Source: Macrostomum lignano (lineage: Eukaryota). From it: a stretch of 64,000 bases of DNA. The DNA lies in assembly GCA_002269645.1 (NCBI GenBank), contig NIVC01001716.1, forward strand, positions 1 to 64,000. The letters are read 5' to 3'. Below are positions 61,466 to 64,000 of the stretch, one piece after another (positions within the stretch are counted from its first letter, which is position 1; every line of letters starts with the position of its first letter). The notes under the pieces are model-generated. The model did not search any database, was not told the DNA's origin, and was given only the letters and a program-made list of their open reading frames with translations. A program made the translations under genes and the position numbers.

Positions 61466-62424
61466 TCAAATATGCCGCACAAAATCGCAGCTATAATGAT
61501 GCAGCACAAAGTCCAGCTGGTAGCGCACAGGCTCCAGCCCGGCTGCTGCATCGCACAGACCTTCGTCCAGCGACGACTGTCCGCCGTCCTCCGACATCCG
61601 CCGCAGCACCGGCCGCAGTCTGGTTCGCTGAACGCACCGGCCAGACCGGGCCAAGCTGATCAGTTCCGGGTCGTATCCGTATTTCCAATAAGATTCGTTT
61701 AGCGCCACGGGATCTGTGCACAGGCAGCGCTTGTGCACAATAAACGGCGGCTCCATTGTCACGCTGTCGTCGATCTCCGGCTCGCTGACAGTGGGACAGA
61801 GGCTGGTGCCCTCAATCTGATGATTGTCAAGCATCTGGCTAAACGAATGCGTGCCATCCAGGCTGCTGCACTTTATTGGCAAATCTGGCCAGTCCAGCGT
61901 GTTCAGGTTGGTTTTCCATGTCTTGCTGACGTTCAAGTAGGTTCGAATCCTATCAGCCAATTGACTAGCGTTGGCTTTGCTGAAGCAGAGAACGATGCTG
62001 CTGTCCTGCGGCAGCTGCAGGCCTGTCAGAGCCAATGGCAGGGCCATGGCGGCAGACCAGCAGCAGCAGGAGAAGAAGACAGCAAGCAGGACAGTTGGGG
62101 CAAGCTGGCTGAGTTTAGTAGTGCCTACTGTGGTGTGTGGGAGGAAAGTGCGTTAATTATAATTCCGTCAGCAAACCAGGGGTGTCCCAAATCTGCAGTT
62201 GCTACGGACGTCAAAACCTATAGTTACTATAGGGATGCACAAATCTGCAGTTGCTAGGGACGCCAAAATCTACAGTTACTATAGGGGCGCCCAAATCTGC
62301 AGTTGCTAGGGTCGCCATAGTTACTATAGGGGTGCCCAAATCTGCAGTTGCTAGGGGCGGCAAAATTTATTTTAAAAAAATTAACAAAACTCAACCGATA
62401 TTCTCTTTGCTCACCTGTTCTCAT
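61466..62424 (-). CDS. Secreted cystine-knot protein, IL-17/PTTH/Trunk-like (223 aa)
   Basis: Exon 1 62424-62415 (ATGAGAACAG|GTGAG) and exon 2 62127-61466 are in frame. Signal peptide-like MRTVGTTKLSQLAPTVLLAVFFSCCCWSAAMA; C-terminal SLCP..D..EPPFIVHKRCLC..RC......PVLRR..LC...Y....SC. Confidence 0.6.
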
Positions 62425-64000
62425 ATTGACCGATTCGTGCAGTTCGAATAGGAGTTATTCCAAGAAATAATTATCCGTTAGTGTAGACGACCGGACTAAT
62501 TAGTGAAGGATATTGAGTTCCACTAAGCCAGCACCTGCCCTCAATATATAGTCATTTTCAAGAGTAATTAACCACGCGTTATAATTCCATTCGTGAGTCA
62601 ACTTTCGTTTTTTTATTGGACTTTGCAACGAGAATTAGTTAGAGCTAATTTTAAAGCAAAGTAAGACAGCTTCTAAATTTAGTTGCTGGGTTTGGAAATG
62701 CACCCAAGGTATCAGTGGACTCTGGACAATGAGCAACCCTATATAACCCTTTATCATCTGATACGCTTGGATCATTTCGGTTGGATGATGAAATAACAAG
62801 GCTGGTGATAAATTGCTAACGAGAGAGTCTTGCCTTAAAACAGTGACTAATTCCGACTTTTTAGCAAAGATAGATAAACAAATAAAAAAATGATACGAAC
62901 TGACTATTTAAGCTACCTGGTTTTTTAGATGCAATCTGTGAGCCTAAAATTTATATTATTAGATAAAGACTGCACGTGCTGCTTCACGGTGCAGGTCAGA
63001 ATGATTGCTACGCGTGTGGTCCCCCCCGGCCCCTAGCCGATATTCCATTTGCTGTGTCCAGAGGCCATGATGTTGTACGCCCACACGGGTTTAAAAAGTC
63101 GCTATACGGGTGGTCCTCTTAACATGCGTGCGTAGCGCCTTTAGCATAGCGACAAAAAATACTTGAAAACATTGCATAGCTGCACATGTGTTGAGCGCTG
63201 CATGTTAAATTATCATTTTTTATGTTGCTAATCTAAATTTATCAATATAATTAATTTAGCTCGAAAAAACCTATAGAGGCTCCGGGGGGTTCGCAGCCAG
63301 TAGCCAGTTTAAAGTAGAAGTAAAACCCGTGTGAACCTGAGGGAAGTTCTTGGGTCTCCGGGGCCGGGCGGATGTGCTGTTCAGCTCCAGAGCCTGAGTC
63401 GGTGCGCGCTAGATGCACGACCGGGTTACATTATTGCCACTTTGAGGCTATTATATGTCATGTATAGTAAAATCCCCTAGGCGAATCTACAAATAAACCC
63501 CCCTGTTAGAGTAGCTTGATCTAGTGGCGAGCAGTCTAGGTCCCATAGCTGAGAGAGGGACAGCGAGAGACAAGCAGGGAGAATTTTGAAGGTAGAAATT
63601 AGCTAATCCGCAGACTAAGCTAACTCGCTGCCACCAGCCCGTGCGTCCTGGCTCACCACACCGACACCGGGACTTTCGAAATCGGGCTTCCGACTGCTTA
63701 GCGCTCACCTGCCAACTAGTGTCTTTTTGCTGTCAATCTCGAAGTCATAGCCGATGATAAGGGACACTGCTGGGACTAGATCGCATTGGCCATGCAGGTA
63801 CAGAGGGGACTTGTGCAGGGGATTCTTGCAGTGGCGAGCCTATGGGGTAGCTACATGTACTATTACATTGCTAAATACGAGGAATTGTACTTTTGGCCTT
63901 CAACGCGCCAACCAGCCTCTCGTAGCGCTGATGATAGACTAACTCGAACCTCAGAGACCGCATGATTCATTACCCGAGCCGCTTGGCGAATCTAGAGAGC

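Overview
Eukaryotic genomic DNA with GC-rich exons and GT-AG introns that are mostly filled with micro- and minisatellites. The style suggests a flatworm such as Macrostomum; this is inference and was not checked by search. I assembled seven intron-containing genes by hand from splice sites and reading-frame continuity. On + are the 3' part of NUP155 (with several single-base frameshifts), SUMF1/FGE and a full-length ABCB1-type transporter. On - are Rab7, a divergent tandem Rab7-like paralogue, a mitochondrial-type M3/oligopeptidase-A homologue lacking its zinc ligands, and a secreted IL-17-like cystine-knot protein. 49-53 kb is an AT-rich block almost devoid of CpG. 54-60.5 kb is a transposon nest: an RTE-like LINE interrupted by a Gypsy element, a 53-bp P-type MITE and a solo LTR (all with intact TSDs), abutting an inverted LINE fragment. 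Two tRNA-derived SINE families and hAT MITEs are also present. Most long ORFs in the supplied track are artefacts of tandem repeats. Best leads: a local CpG-erasure (methylation- or RIP-like) domain; splice acceptors in frame with start codons, consistent with a spliced-leader AUG completing the SUMF1 signal peptide; the dead M3 peptidase; the IL-17-like gene; and splice-site-hugging minisatellites that share a GATC core.
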